Source of the DNA: an uncultured Acidobacteriota bacterium
GTDB taxonomy: Bacteria; Acidobacteriota; Vicinamibacteria; Vicinamibacterales; UBA2999
Reading direction: 5' to 3'
NCBI GenBank assembly: GCA_963815285.1
Contig: CAWFGB010000003.1
Coordinates: 52,027 to 116,026, forward strand
DNA length: 64,000 nucleotides
Shown here: positions 55,257-64,000 of the stretch, piece by piece
Layout of the letters: each line of letters starts with the position of its first letter
Position numbering within the stretch: position 1 is the stretch's first letter
The notes under the pieces: generated by a model
The model's database searches: none
What the model was told of the DNA's origin: nothing
What the model saw: only the letters and a program-made list of their open reading frames with translations
Program-made: the position numbers and the translations under genes

Positions 55257-56708
55257 ATGACTGCGTTGACTCATCCATATCGACAGGTCTTGACCGCACT
55301 CATGCTGGTGGTCGCGGTGTCGACTGCCTCCGCGCAGACAGCGATCACGCCGGACAAGAACAAGTACACGCCGGCGCAAGACGTGCAGATCGGACAGGAA
55401 GCGTCACAGGAAGTGCGGCGCGAGTTGCCGATGCTGCAGGACGACCGCATCGACGATTACGTCGATCGCGTCGGCGCTCGTCTGGTGCGGGCCATTCCCG
55501 AGCAGTACCAGCACAGTGAATTCCGTTACAGCTTTGAGGTCGTCAACCAGAAAGAGATCAACGCCTTCGCGCTGCCGGGCGGGCCGATGTTCCTTCATCG
55601 CGGCATGATGGAGGCGGCCAAGACAGAGGGCGAAGTGGCTGGCGTGATGGCACACGAGATCGCGCACGTGGCGCTGCGCCACGGCACCGCCCAGGCCACC
55701 AAAGCGCAAGGCTTCCAGATTGGCGCCGTCGCCGGCCAGATTCTCGGGGCCATCGTCGGCGGCGCCGCCGGGAGCATCATTGCCCAAGGGTCGCAGTTCG
55801 GATTGGGCGCGTATTTCCTGAAGTACGGCCGCGAGTACGAGCGCGAAGCGGACTTGCTTGGCGCGCAGATCATGGCGCGCGCGGGCTACGACCCGCGTGG
55901 CATGGCCGACATGTTCCGGACCATCGAGCAGCAGAGCAAAGGCGGCGGAGGTCCCGAGTGGCTGAGCAGTCACCCGAATCCGGCCAACCGCTACGAGGCC
56001 ATCATAAAGGAGGCGTCGATGCTGCACGTCGATGGCAGCGCCCCGTCGCCGGCTGAATTCCAGAATGTGCAGGCGCGGCTGCGCAGCATGTCTCCTGCCT
56101 ACACCGCCGAACAGATCGCGCGGGCCAAGCAGCAGGGGCAGCGGCTCCCCGGCGCGAACACTGGCGGGGCGCGAAACGACGACGAACCAGTGAACATGGG
56201 CAATGTCCGCGTCGCGGCGCCCTCGGGACAGTACCAACGAGCGACGGTGGGCAACTTCCTGCGTCTGCAGGTGCCGGCCAATTGGGGACGCGTTGACGGC
56301 AACAGCAGCGTCACCTTCGCGCCTGAAGGTGCTCACTACCGCACCCAGAATGGTGGAACGGGGTTCACCCACGGACTCCAGATCGGCGTGATTCCGAGCG
56401 AGTCGCACAGCCACCAGGATGCGACGGAGGAGCTCATCGCGGGCCTGCAGCAAAGCAACCCGCAGATTCGGCGCCAGTCGAACGGTTACGTGCGCGAAAA
56501 CATCGGTGGCCGCGCGGCGCTCAGCACGACGTTGCGCAACGTCTCGGCGATAGGCGGCGCGGAACTGGTGACGGTTTCCACCGTGCCGCTGCGGGACGGA
56601 AGCCTCCTCTACATGATCGCCGTCGCTCCGCAGGAGGAGGCCAACAATTACTCCGGCACGTTTCGTCGTGTAAAGCAAAGCGTCCAATTGAGCGACGAGG
56701 GACGCTAA
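55257..56708 (+). CDS. Secreted M48-family zinc metalloprotease with C-terminal extension
   Basis: Signal peptide LMLVVAVSTASAQ. HEIAHVALRHG (HExxH). EREADLLGAQIMARAGYDP. About 200 extra C-terminal residues. Confidence 0.85.
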   Translation: MTALTHPYRQVLTALMLVVAVSTASAQTAITPDKNKYTPAQDVQIGQEASQEVRRELPMLQDDRIDDYVDRVGARLVRAIPEQYQHSEFRYSFEVVNQKEINAFALPGGPMFLHRGMMEAAKTEGEVAGVMAHEIAHVALRHGTAQATKAQGFQIGAVAGQILGAIVGGAAGSIIAQGSQFGLGAYFLKYGREYEREADLLGAQIMARAGYDPRGMADMFRTIEQQSKGGGGPEWLSSHPNPANRYEAIIKEASMLHVDGSAPSPAEFQNVQARLRSMSPAYTAEQIARAKQQGQRLPGANTGGARNDDEPVNMGNVRVAAPSGQYQRATVGNFLRLQVPANWGRVDGNSSVTFAPEGAHYRTQNGGTGFTHGLQIGVIPSESHSHQDATEELIAGLQQSNPQIRRQSNGYVRENIGGRAALSTTLRNVSAIGGAELVTVSTVPLRDGSLLYMIAVAPQEEANNYSGTFRRVKQSVQLSDEGR

Positions 56709-56743
56709 CGCGACGTGATCCCCTGAGCTATGATGCGCCTTGA

Positions 56744-57301
56744 GTGGACGATCCGGCGAAGCTGCTGTCGCGTGCCAGCGAGGGGGATTCGAAGGCCGTC
56801 TCGCAGCTGATGCCGCTCGTCTACGACGAGCTGCGGCGCCTGGCCGCGTCCTATCTGCGCCGTGAACGCCCGGGGCAGACCCTCCAGGCAACGGCGCTGG
56901 TGCACGAAGCTTACGTGCGGCTCATCAACGAGAAATCGCACAACTGGCAGAACCGCACCCACTTTCTCGCGATTGCCGCGTTGTCGATGCGGCAGATCCT
57001 GGTCCAGCGTGCACGTGCCCGCAAAGCCAGCAAACGCGGCGGCGACCCCATTCGTATTGAGCTCGAAGACCACCTGCTCCCGGCAGCGACGACCGACCAG
57101 GATGAAGTCGACCTCGTCGCGCTCGACGCCGCCCTCGACCGGTTGGCGGCACTCGCTCAGCGCCAGGCCAAGATCGTCGAACTGCGCTACTTCGGCGGCC
57201 TGAGCGTCGAGGAGGTGGCGGCCGCACTCGATATCTCTCCGGCGACGGTAAAACGGGATTGGACGCTGGCGCGCGCGTGGCTCAAGAGGGAGCTTGGGTG
57301 A
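56744..57301 (+). CDS. ECF sigma factor of the TIGR02999-like (kinase-associated) type
   Basis: GDSKAVSQLMPLVYDELRRLAASYLRRERPGQTLQATALVHEAYVRL and the C-terminal ATVKRDWTLARAWL pattern. GTG start. Confidence 0.85.
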   Translation: MDDPAKLLSRASEGDSKAVSQLMPLVYDELRRLAASYLRRERPGQTLQATALVHEAYVRLINEKSHNWQNRTHFLAIAALSMRQILVQRARARKASKRGGDPIRIELEDHLLPAATTDQDEVDLVALDAALDRLAALAQRQAKIVELRYFGGLSVEEVAAALDISPATVKRDWTLARAWLKRELG

Positions 57302-58854
57302 CGGATCGCTGGGTCCGCATCGCCGAACTCTTCGATCAAGTCGTGGCACTGCCGCCGCCACAGCGTGAAGCCGTCCTCGACGCCAGCGATGCCCCCGAAG
57401 AGGTCAGACGCGAAGTGCGGTCACTACTCGCCGCGCACGATTCGGCAGGACCGTTCCTCGAGTCGCCGCATCCGCCGCCGCTCGAACAGTCGGCATCACC
57501 GCCCACACCCGAAGAGCCCGTGCGTCCAGCCGGTTCGCAGGTCGGCCAGTATCGAATCCTGCGCGTGGCGGGCCGCGGCGGCATGGGCATCGTGTACGAG
57601 GCTGAAGACACACGCCTGCATCGCCGCGTCGCCCTCAAGTCGCTGGCGCAGGCGGGCGCTGGAGACGACAGCCAGCGCCAGCGGCTGCGCCAGGAAGCGC
57701 GCGCAGCCGCCGCTCTGCAACATCCGGGCATTGCCACGGTCTACGCGCTCGAAGAGATCGACGGCCAGTTGTTCATCAGCTCGGAGTATCTCGAAGGCGA
57801 AACGCTGCGCGACGAACTACGGCGAGGACCCTTGCCGTCCGACGCCGCACTCGACGCTGCCGCCGAGATCGCGCGCGCCCTGTTGGCCGCCCATGACCGT
57901 GGCATCGTCCATCGCGACCTCAAGCCCGAAAACGTCGTCCGAACCCGGAGCGGGGTGCTCAAGATTCTGGATTTCGGTCTGGCCCAGATCAAGGATCCGG
58001 CGTCGCAACTCGCGTCGCAGACGCGCCTCACACAGCCGGGCCTGATTGTCGGGACGCCCGCCTACATGGCGCCCGAGCAACTGCTTGGACGCCAAACCGA
58101 CTTCCGCGTCGATCACTTCGCGCTGGGCGTCATGTTGTACGAACTCAGCACCGGGGTGCATCCGTTCGGGGCCGGATCGCTGCCGTCCACGATTGCGCGC
58201 ATCCTCGCCGACGCGCCGGATCGGCCACGCGCGTCGAGCAACCTCCCCGTCGGGATGTGGGAGATCATCGAACGTTGCCTGCAAAAGGATCCCCGCGATC
58301 GATTTGCATCCACACGTGAGCTGCTGGATGCGCTCGACTCCGCCTCCGCTCGCTCAAATCGGATCGCAAGCTTCGCGACAACGTCCCCGGCCGCTCGCTC
58401 GGCGGCACACGTCAGCGACATTCCGCCCGCCGCGATCCCTCCCGAAGCAACTGCAGCCGTGCGCTGGTGGCGATTCCACCAGTTCGCCGCCGCCGCCACT
58501 TACTGGGCGATGGTGTGGCCCGCCTGGCACGTTCACCGTTCGCTCGGACGCGCCGGGCTCTTCTTTTTCTTTGCCACGCTCGCCGCCGTGGTCGTTTCGG
58601 GCAACCTGCGACTGCACCTCTGGTTCTCTTCGAGGGTCTACCCCGAAGATCTGCCGGCACACCGGGCCGATGTCGCTCGTTGGATCTGGTGGGCCGATGT
58701 TGCCTTTGCAGTTCTGCTAGTCGCCGGAGGCATCGCACTCTCCGAGGATCGCGCCGGCTGGGCTGCCTTGCTCATCTCCGTCGGCGTCGGATCGACGGTC
58801 GCGTTTGTGTGGATCGAGCCGGCGACCGCCCGGGCGGCCTTTCGGCGATGGTAA
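57298..58854 (+). CDS. Ser/Thr protein kinase with polytopic C-terminal membrane domain
   Basis: [39 protein letters not shown]. About four C-terminal TM helices. The GTG overlaps the sigma stop (GTGA at 57298-57301). Confidence 0.9.
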   Translation: MTDRWVRIAELFDQVVALPPPQREAVLDASDAPEEVRREVRSLLAAHDSAGPFLESPHPPPLEQSASPPTPEEPVRPAGSQVGQYRILRVAGRGGMGIVYEAEDTRLHRRVALKSLAQAGAGDDSQRQRLRQEARAAAALQHPGIATVYALEEIDGQLFISSEYLEGETLRDELRRGPLPSDAALDAAAEIARALLAAHDRGIVHRDLKPENVVRTRSGVLKILDFGLAQIKDPASQLASQTRLTQPGLIVGTPAYMAPEQLLGRQTDFRVDHFALGVMLYELSTGVHPFGAGSLPSTIARILADAPDRPRASSNLPVGMWEIIERCLQKDPRDRFASTRELLDALDSASARSNRIASFATTSPAARSAAHVSDIPPAAIPPEATAAVRWWRFHQFAAAATYWAMVWPAWHVHRSLGRAGLFFFFATLAAVVVSGNLRLHLWFSSRVYPEDLPAHRADVARWIWWADVAFAVLLVAGGIALSEDRAGWAALLISVGVGSTVAFVWIEPATARAAFRRW

Positions 58855-58962
58855 CAGGCATGAATCTATTCGGTGCGCCTTCAGCGCCGACTGCAGAACG
58901 GCGCGCGTCACCAACGCCGGAAGGTGCCAGCACCCGTTGGTCTTGAATGAAGCTCTTGGCGG

Positions 58963-59481
58963 TTGTTTACTGTGTCGCCGAAAGCGACGCGAGCTGCGAT
59001 GATAGGCGCCATGATTCGCGCCGCCACACATGCAGACCTCGATGTACTCGGAGGACTCGGTGCCCTCTTGATGCGCACACACTATGCCTTTGACCCACAA
59101 CGATTCCTCGCGCCCGGGGACGATGCTGCGGGCGGCTACGCGTGGTTTCTCGAGACACAGCTTCGCGAGCCTGACGTCGTCATCCTGGTTGCGGAGGACA
59201 ACGCACGGGTCGTGGGCTATGTCTACGCCGGGCTCGAACCTTTGTCCTGGAAGGAACTACGCGGGCCCGCCGGCTTCATTCACGACATCGTGGTCGAAGA
59301 ACAGGCCCGCGGGGGTGGTGTCGCGCGGGAGCTGATCGCAGCCGCCATCACGTGGCTGCGCCAGCGCGGCGCGCCGCGCGTGATGCTGTGGACCGCGACA
59401 CAGAACGAAGGCGCCCAGCACTTGTTCGAGGCGGCCGGCTTCCGCAAGACGATGATCGAAATGACCTTCGAGCTGGACTAA
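58963..59481 (+). CDS. GNAT-family N-acetyltransferase
   Basis: IHDIVVEEQARGGGVARELIAAAITWLRQRGAPRVMLWT (motif A Q/RxxGxG/A). The start may be an internal ATG at 58999 or 59011. Confidence 0.8.
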   Translation: MFTVSPKATRAAMIGAMIRAATHADLDVLGGLGALLMRTHYAFDPQRFLAPGDDAAGGYAWFLETQLREPDVVILVAEDNARVVGYVYAGLEPLSWKELRGPAGFIHDIVVEEQARGGGVARELIAAAITWLRQRGAPRVMLWTATQNEGAQHLFEAAGFRKTMIEMTFELD

Positions 59482-59563
59482 CGGCGCCTTCGGCGAGTTC
59501 ACAACGGCCAAGGGCGGCGGTTCAAAGCCTGGGGCGCCTCGCTCAGTTCAAACCGTCAGGGCA

Positions 59564-60110
59564 TCAGTTCAGGCCCCGTCTTGAACTGGCACGCCGCAGG
59601 CGCCGCCACGCCGCGGGCGCCGAGCTGACGCTGACAAACAGCCCTCCCAGACTCAGCACTATCACCACAACATCCCACAGCGGCCGACGATGATAGAGCC
59701 ACGGGAAGTCGAGGCTGTGGAAGCCGTGATAGACCCAGCGATAGACGCGCGTCGAGCGCCGCTCCTTGCGCGCGATCGTGCCGCGATACGGATCGAGGTA
59801 AAGCCACGTGCCATCGGCATCTGCAAAGCGAACCCGCAGGACGCAACGGCAGTTGCCCCTGGCGGTCGTAGTAGTAGGCGTCATAGGCCGCGAGCGACGC
59901 CTCATCCCGCACCGAAACGCCCGGCACTGCCGCCCGCGCCGCTGTCAGAAGCGTCGCGTCGTCAAATCGTGTGAACGTCCCTCGTTGGGCGGCGAGTGGA
60001 AGATCGTGCACAAGACGTATCATCGTCGCGCGCACTGAGGACCCGCCATGACCGCTGACCTTCTGAGGGATGTGCGTTACGCGTGGCGTGTACTCGCGCG
60101 GCCACCGCAT
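59564..60110 (-). pseudogene. Frameshifted 3' remnant of a PepSY-associated TM (PiuB-like) protein gene
   Basis: Frame A gives ..SLAAYDAYYYDRQGQLPL. It continues in frame B as RVRFADADGTWLYLDPYRGTI..YRWVYHGFHSLDFPWLYHRRPLWDVVVIVLSLGGLFVSVS. The junction is near 59835-59850. Only about 150 C-terminal residues are present. Confidence 0.5.
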
Positions 60111-60177
60111 GCGTGCCCCAGCTGGATATCTACCTGCCGTTTGCGCAACGACCCAATGGCCTCGTCACGACCGGCGC

Positions 60178-61263
60178 TCAGGCTTCCGGTTTCTTTCTCC
60201 GCAACTGCCTGGCGAGACCCACGCCCAGCACCGCATATGCGGCAAACGACGGCTTGGCCATAGGCGGCGTCTTTTCGAAAGCAGCCATCTGGTCCCTGAT
60301 CTCGCTGGCGGGTGCCTGTGACGGTGTCAGTCCTGTGGATTGTTGGCGCGCTTCCCACTCGCGTTTGGCGGCGAAACCAAGCTTCTTCTTTTGTCCGGGA
60401 ACTTTCTCACCAGGATCCTTGCCGTGCGGCGAGGCGTGCTCGATCTCCGCGTTCATCTCAGCGCCGGTGAGCACCGCCAGCGCGCTGATGTAGAACCACA
60501 ACATCAGGACGATGACGCCGCCGAGCGATCCGTAACTCTCGTTGTAATTCGCGAAGTTCGCCACGTAGAACTTGAAGCCCAACGAAGCAATCAGCCAGAG
60601 CACTGTCGCCACCACCGCTCCGGGCGTGATCCATTCCCAGTCCTGCTCGGCATCAGGCGCAAAGTAGAACACCAGGCCAATGCACAAGGCGACCAGGATG
60701 AGAGCGATCGGCCAGCGCAACAGGTTCCATGTGGCCGCGAAGGCAGGGCCGAGGCCGACCATCGACGCGAGACGATCGATGAAGGACGGGCCAATCAACA
60801 CGAGGGCCAACGCCACCACGACGAAGACCGCCACGCCGAGTGTCAGCAGGATCGCGGTCAGGCGCACCTTCCACCACGGCCGGGCTTCCTCGATGTCATA
60901 TGCCGTGTTGAGGGCGCTGATGATGCTGACCATGGCCGCCGAACTGCTCCAGAGCGCGACGAGCAGACCGAAGGTGAAGATGCCGGAATGTTCCCCCTGG
61001 CTCAAACTCGACAGCTGGTCGCGCAGGATCTGGACAACATCGGGCGGAGCAAAGCCACTCAGGCTGGCGATGAAATCCTGCAGGAAGTCCGGCGGCAGAA
61101 AACTGGTAAACGCGAGCACGCACGCGATGGCGGGGACCAGGGCCAGCAGAAAGTAATAGGCCAGCTGTGCCGCGAGCCCGAGGACGTCGTCCTTCCCAAT
61201 TTCCGCCACCGTTTGCTTTATCAGCTGAGTCCACGTGAGGGGTACGTCGAACGTGTGGAGCAT
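60178..61263 (-). CDS. YihY/BrkB-family membrane protein with C-terminal basic extension
   Basis: LAAQLAYYFLLALVPAI, SYGSLGGVIVLMLWFYISALAVLTGAEMNAE. Confidence 0.85.
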   Translation of the reverse strand: MLHTFDVPLTWTQLIKQTVAEIGKDDVLGLAAQLAYYFLLALVPAIACVLAFTSFLPPDFLQDFIASLSGFAPPDVVQILRDQLSSLSQGEHSGIFTFGLLVALWSSSAAMVSIISALNTAYDIEEARPWWKVRLTAILLTLGVAVFVVVALALVLIGPSFIDRLASMVGLGPAFAATWNLLRWPIALILVALCIGLVFYFAPDAEQDWEWITPGAVVATVLWLIASLGFKFYVANFANYNESYGSLGGVIVLMLWFYISALAVLTGAEMNAEIEHASPHGKDPGEKVPGQKKKLGFAAKREWEARQQSTGLTPSQAPASEIRDQMAAFEKTPPMAKPSFAAYAVLGVGLARQLRRKKPEA

Positions 61264-61295
61264 GGCAAAGCGTTTTGCAATGGTGCTGCCAGGGC

Positions 61296-63044
61296 TCAGG
61301 CAGTTGGAAGTATCACTTCGAAAGTCGCTCCACGCCCCTCACCCTCGCTATGAGCCGTCACGGTGCCAGCATGCAGCTCCACGAGGTTCTGGACGATGGC
61401 GAGGCCCAGCCCGAGCCCGCCATGATTCTTCGAATGCCCGCTGGCGCCTTGCCGGAACCGGTCGAAGACAAACGGCAGCAGCTCCGGGTTGATGCCGGCG
61501 CCAGTGTCCGACACGGTGACATGGAGCGTCTGGTTACGGCGAGCCACCGCCAGCGAGACCCTGCCGTCCGCCGGCGTGAACTTGACCGCATTGGACAAGA
61601 GGTTCCACACGATCTGCTGGAGACGCTCAGGGTCCGCTGAAATGGTGCCGACGTTGGCATCCACTGCGGTGTCGAGGTTTACGCCCTTCGCGTTGGCTGC
61701 GGGCAGAACGGCGTCGACTGCGCTGTGAATCACTTCGGCGACGGCAATCGCTCTGATGTCGAGCCGGAGCTTTCCCGCCATGATCCCGGCCATGTCCAGC
61801 AGGTCCTCAATCAAACGCTTCTGGGCCTGGGCGTTGCGCTCGATCGTCCTCAGCGCTCCGTCCTTCTTGTCGTCGCTGACCATCCCGTCGACCAGCATGC
61901 GCGACCAGCCGGCAATGGCGGTGAGCGGCGTGCGCAGTTCATGGGAGACCGTCATCACGAACTGGTCCTTGAGTGCGCTGGCCTGCTCGGCTTCACGCCG
62001 CGCAGCCTGTTCCCGTGCGAGCAGGGCGCTCAGTTGCTCGTTGTTGTCGCGGAGCCGCTCGGCTTCCAGTTGGCGTGCCTGCTGCAGTTCTCGTGCGGCG
62101 ATCGCATTGGCGTCTACCTGGCGGGACAGCGCGGCCAGCAACCCAATCAGCGAAAGCGCGATGAACCCGTAGATGACGATGAATCCACGCAGGTCACGAC
62201 GCCACGGGGCCAGCATCTCGGTTAAATCGAGCGATACCGCGACGATCAGCGGGAGCCCGGCGACCTTGCGGAAGGCCGACACCATCACTGGACCGCCAGG
62301 GAGCACGGCTCCTTCGACCACTCCGTCCGTGACGTCGGACTGCGCCGCCGCGAAGATGGGGTTGCCCGCTGCTGGAGCGCCGATGGGGTCGTCGGATGAG
62401 GGCTCTCGGAAGATCACACTGCCATTGGCATGAAACAACCAGACCATGCCGCCCTCGCCGACACTTACGCTCTGGAAGAATCGCCGCAGGTCCTGAGGGA
62501 GAAAGGAGGCGACGACTGCGCCCTCGACTTTGCCGTCGCGGCTCGTGAGCCGCCGGGCAATCGGCAGCAGATAGACACCCGGCGCCACCGGCGACAGAAA
62601 CGGACGGCCGACGATGAGGTCGTCACTCGCGGACATCAGCGCCTCGTCGAAAACGGGGTCATGGCGCGACTGTCCCAGGATGTCCCGACGCGTCGAGTGG
62701 CGGATGACCAGGTGCCGATCGGCCACCGAAATCGCGCCGACACCAGTCAGCCCCGCGCGTGCCGATACCAGGCTCGGGGTCCATTCGTCGGTTGGTGCGC
62801 CCGGCCCTCCGATCCGCTGACTATGCAAGGCGAGTTGGCGAAGCGCGGCATCGCTGGCGGCGAAGGTGCCGGCCATGTAGGACGACAGGATCAAGGCGAG
62901 ATTCGACGAGCGGGTGTGGGCGCGCGCCACTACTTCAGCACGAGAACGCCAGAGATCGTTCGTGCGGAAGGCGCCAAGAAGCAGCAGCAGCCCGATGGCG
63001 ATTCCAAAGATGACGAGTTTGCGCATTCCACCGGGGCTCAACAA
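61296..63044 (-). CDS. Sensor histidine kinase with large periplasmic (Cache-like) domain
   Basis: Two TM helices flank a sensor region of about 260 aa. Coiled coil. H-box VSHELRTPLTAI, N-box NLLSNAVKFTP, DTGAGI, GLGLGLAIV. Confidence 0.85.
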   Translation of the reverse strand: MLSPGGMRKLVIFGIAIGLLLLLGAFRTNDLWRSRAEVVARAHTRSSNLALILSSYMAGTFAASDAALRQLALHSQRIGGPGAPTDEWTPSLVSARAGLTGVGAISVADRHLVIRHSTRRDILGQSRHDPVFDEALMSASDDLIVGRPFLSPVAPGVYLLPIARRLTSRDGKVEGAVVASFLPQDLRRFFQSVSVGEGGMVWLFHANGSVIFREPSSDDPIGAPAAGNPIFAAAQSDVTDGVVEGAVLPGGPVMVSAFRKVAGLPLIVAVSLDLTEMLAPWRRDLRGFIVIYGFIALSLIGLLAALSRQVDANAIAARELQQARQLEAERLRDNNEQLSALLAREQAARREAEQASALKDQFVMTVSHELRTPLTAIAGWSRMLVDGMVSDDKKDGALRTIERNAQAQKRLIEDLLDMAGIMAGKLRLDIRAIAVAEVIHSAVDAVLPAANAKGVNLDTAVDANVGTISADPERLQQIVWNLLSNAVKFTPADGRVSLAVARRNQTLHVTVSDTGAGINPELLPFVFDRFRQGASGHSKNHGGLGLGLAIVQNLVELHAGTVTAHSEGEGRGATFEVILPTA

Positions 63045-63082
63045 TCTGCCATCCCGGGCGATAACATTATGCCGCGACCCTC

Positions 63083-64000
63083 GTGATCATCCGTCCGGTT
63101 CGCTCACCCGCGAAGATCGTCGCCGTCGTGTGCCTGGCTGAGATAGCGGGGATGGCGCCTTTCTCCATGTTCCTGGCACTGCAACCGACGCTGCAGCCCG
63201 AATGGAACTTGTCCAACACGATCTCCGGGTGGATTGCGAGCGCCTTCTACGCCGGCTACATGCTGGCGGTGCCGGTGTTGGCGAGTCTCACCGATCGCTG
63301 GGACGCACGCACGGTCTGGCTCGGCGCCATCACGCTGGCTGCCCTGGGAGCGGTCGGCTTCGGCGCGATCGCCCAGGGCCCAGTTTCCGCCGTGCTGTTT
63401 CAGGCAATCGCCGGCGCCGGGCTCGCCGGCACCTACATGCCGGGCCTCAAGCTGATCGACGATCGGATTGCCGGCGCACTGCATCCCCGCCTTGTCGCGT
63501 TCTACACGACGTCGTTCAGCCTCGGGTCGAGCGGTTCATACTTTCTCGTCGGTCAACTGAGCGAGCAGTTTCACTGGCGCACGGCGATAGCGGCCGCGGC
63601 GATCGGGCCGGCAGCCGCGTGGCTGCTCATCTACTTGACGTTGAATCCTGTCGCCCCGGAGCCCTCGCATGCGGCGGGTGGCCGGTGGCGCGACGTTCTT
63701 CGGTCCGCCGACAGCGTGCGCTACGTCGTCGCCTATGCCTGTCACATGTGGGAGTTGTTTGGCATGCGGGCGTGGCTGGTCCCATTCCTCGTCTTCTGCA
63801 CCACGCTTCACGGGCCCACCTTTGCTGCGCCCACGACCTTGGCCGCGATGCTCGCGCTCTCCGGCATTCCCTCGAGCTTTGCCGGCGCCGAGCTGAGCGC
63901 TCGCTTCGAACGCCGCTACGTGGTAACGGCGATCATGCTCTTGTCGGCCGTGACCGGGATCATCGTCGGCTCCGTCGCGTCACAGCCCTGGGCCCTCATT
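63083..64000 (+). CDS. MFS transporter, N-terminal part; 3' end outside the window
   Basis: Not in the ORF track (no stop in window). I read an open frame from GTG 63083 (alternative ATG 63152) to 64000. It has TM-rich sequence and an MFS loop motif LASLTDRWDARTV (D-R-x-x-x-R-like). Confidence 0.65.
   Translation, partial: MIIRPVRSPAKIVAVVCLAEIAGMAPFSMFLALQPTLQPEWNLSNTISGWIASAFYAGYMLAVPVLASLTDRWDARTVWLGAITLAALGAVGFGAIAQGPVSAVLFQAIAGAGLAGTYMPGLKLIDDRIAGALHPRLVAFYTTSFSLGSSGSYFLVGQLSEQFHWRTAIAAAAIGPAAAWLLIYLTLNPVAPEPSHAAGGRWRDVLRSADSVRYVVAYACHMWELFGMRAWLVPFLVFCTTLHGPTFAAPTTLAAMLALSGIPSSFAGAELSARFERRYVVTAIMLLSAVTGIIVGSVASQPWALI

Overview
This is a visibly GC-rich bacterial chromosomal segment (GC not computed) with tightly packed genes. 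I support about 50 protein-coding genes, 2 decayed gene remnants, 3 clear rho-independent terminators and several short-repeat loci. I found no rRNA, tRNA, CRISPR array, transposase, integrase or phage gene. The gene content points to Acidobacteriota: three ADOP-type (MacB/FtsX-like) permeases, two of them with PadR partners; three tandem CarboxypepD_reg-type TonB-dependent receptor paralogs; PEGA and TIGR03000 modules; two ECF sigma modules; and several two-component systems. This taxonomic call is an inference, not a search result. Recognisable housekeeping genes are glgB, a cyclophilin PPIase, mug, two ABC-F ATPases, an inorganic pyrophosphatase, a rhomboid protease, an M48 protease and a CNNM/CorC transporter.

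The most interesting items are:
1. A heme-c (CxxCH) domain fused to a domain whose His/Met pattern and spacing mimic PHM/DBH copper monooxygenases, with a secreted partner (19754-22275).
2. A degenerate-kinase/PEGA membrane protein translationally coupled to a TPR-TonB_C protein (5349-8443).
3. A serine-hydrolase/D-aminoacylase fusion co-oriented with an extended HupE/UreJ-like permease (22340-25945).
4. A mug-EVE gene pair (29575-30620).
5. An apparently exported TIGR03000-methyltransferase coupled to DUF5996 (3468-5305).
6. A recurring theme of locus-specific short tandem or palindromic repeats in intergenic DNA and even inside coding DNA: 22276-22400, 26254-26305, 27821-27920, 52193-52286, a GCCTTACCYGSCC family at three sites, and TTCGTCnCCCAC leader repeats upstream of the receptor genes.

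All functional calls come from reading motifs by eye. No database search was run.
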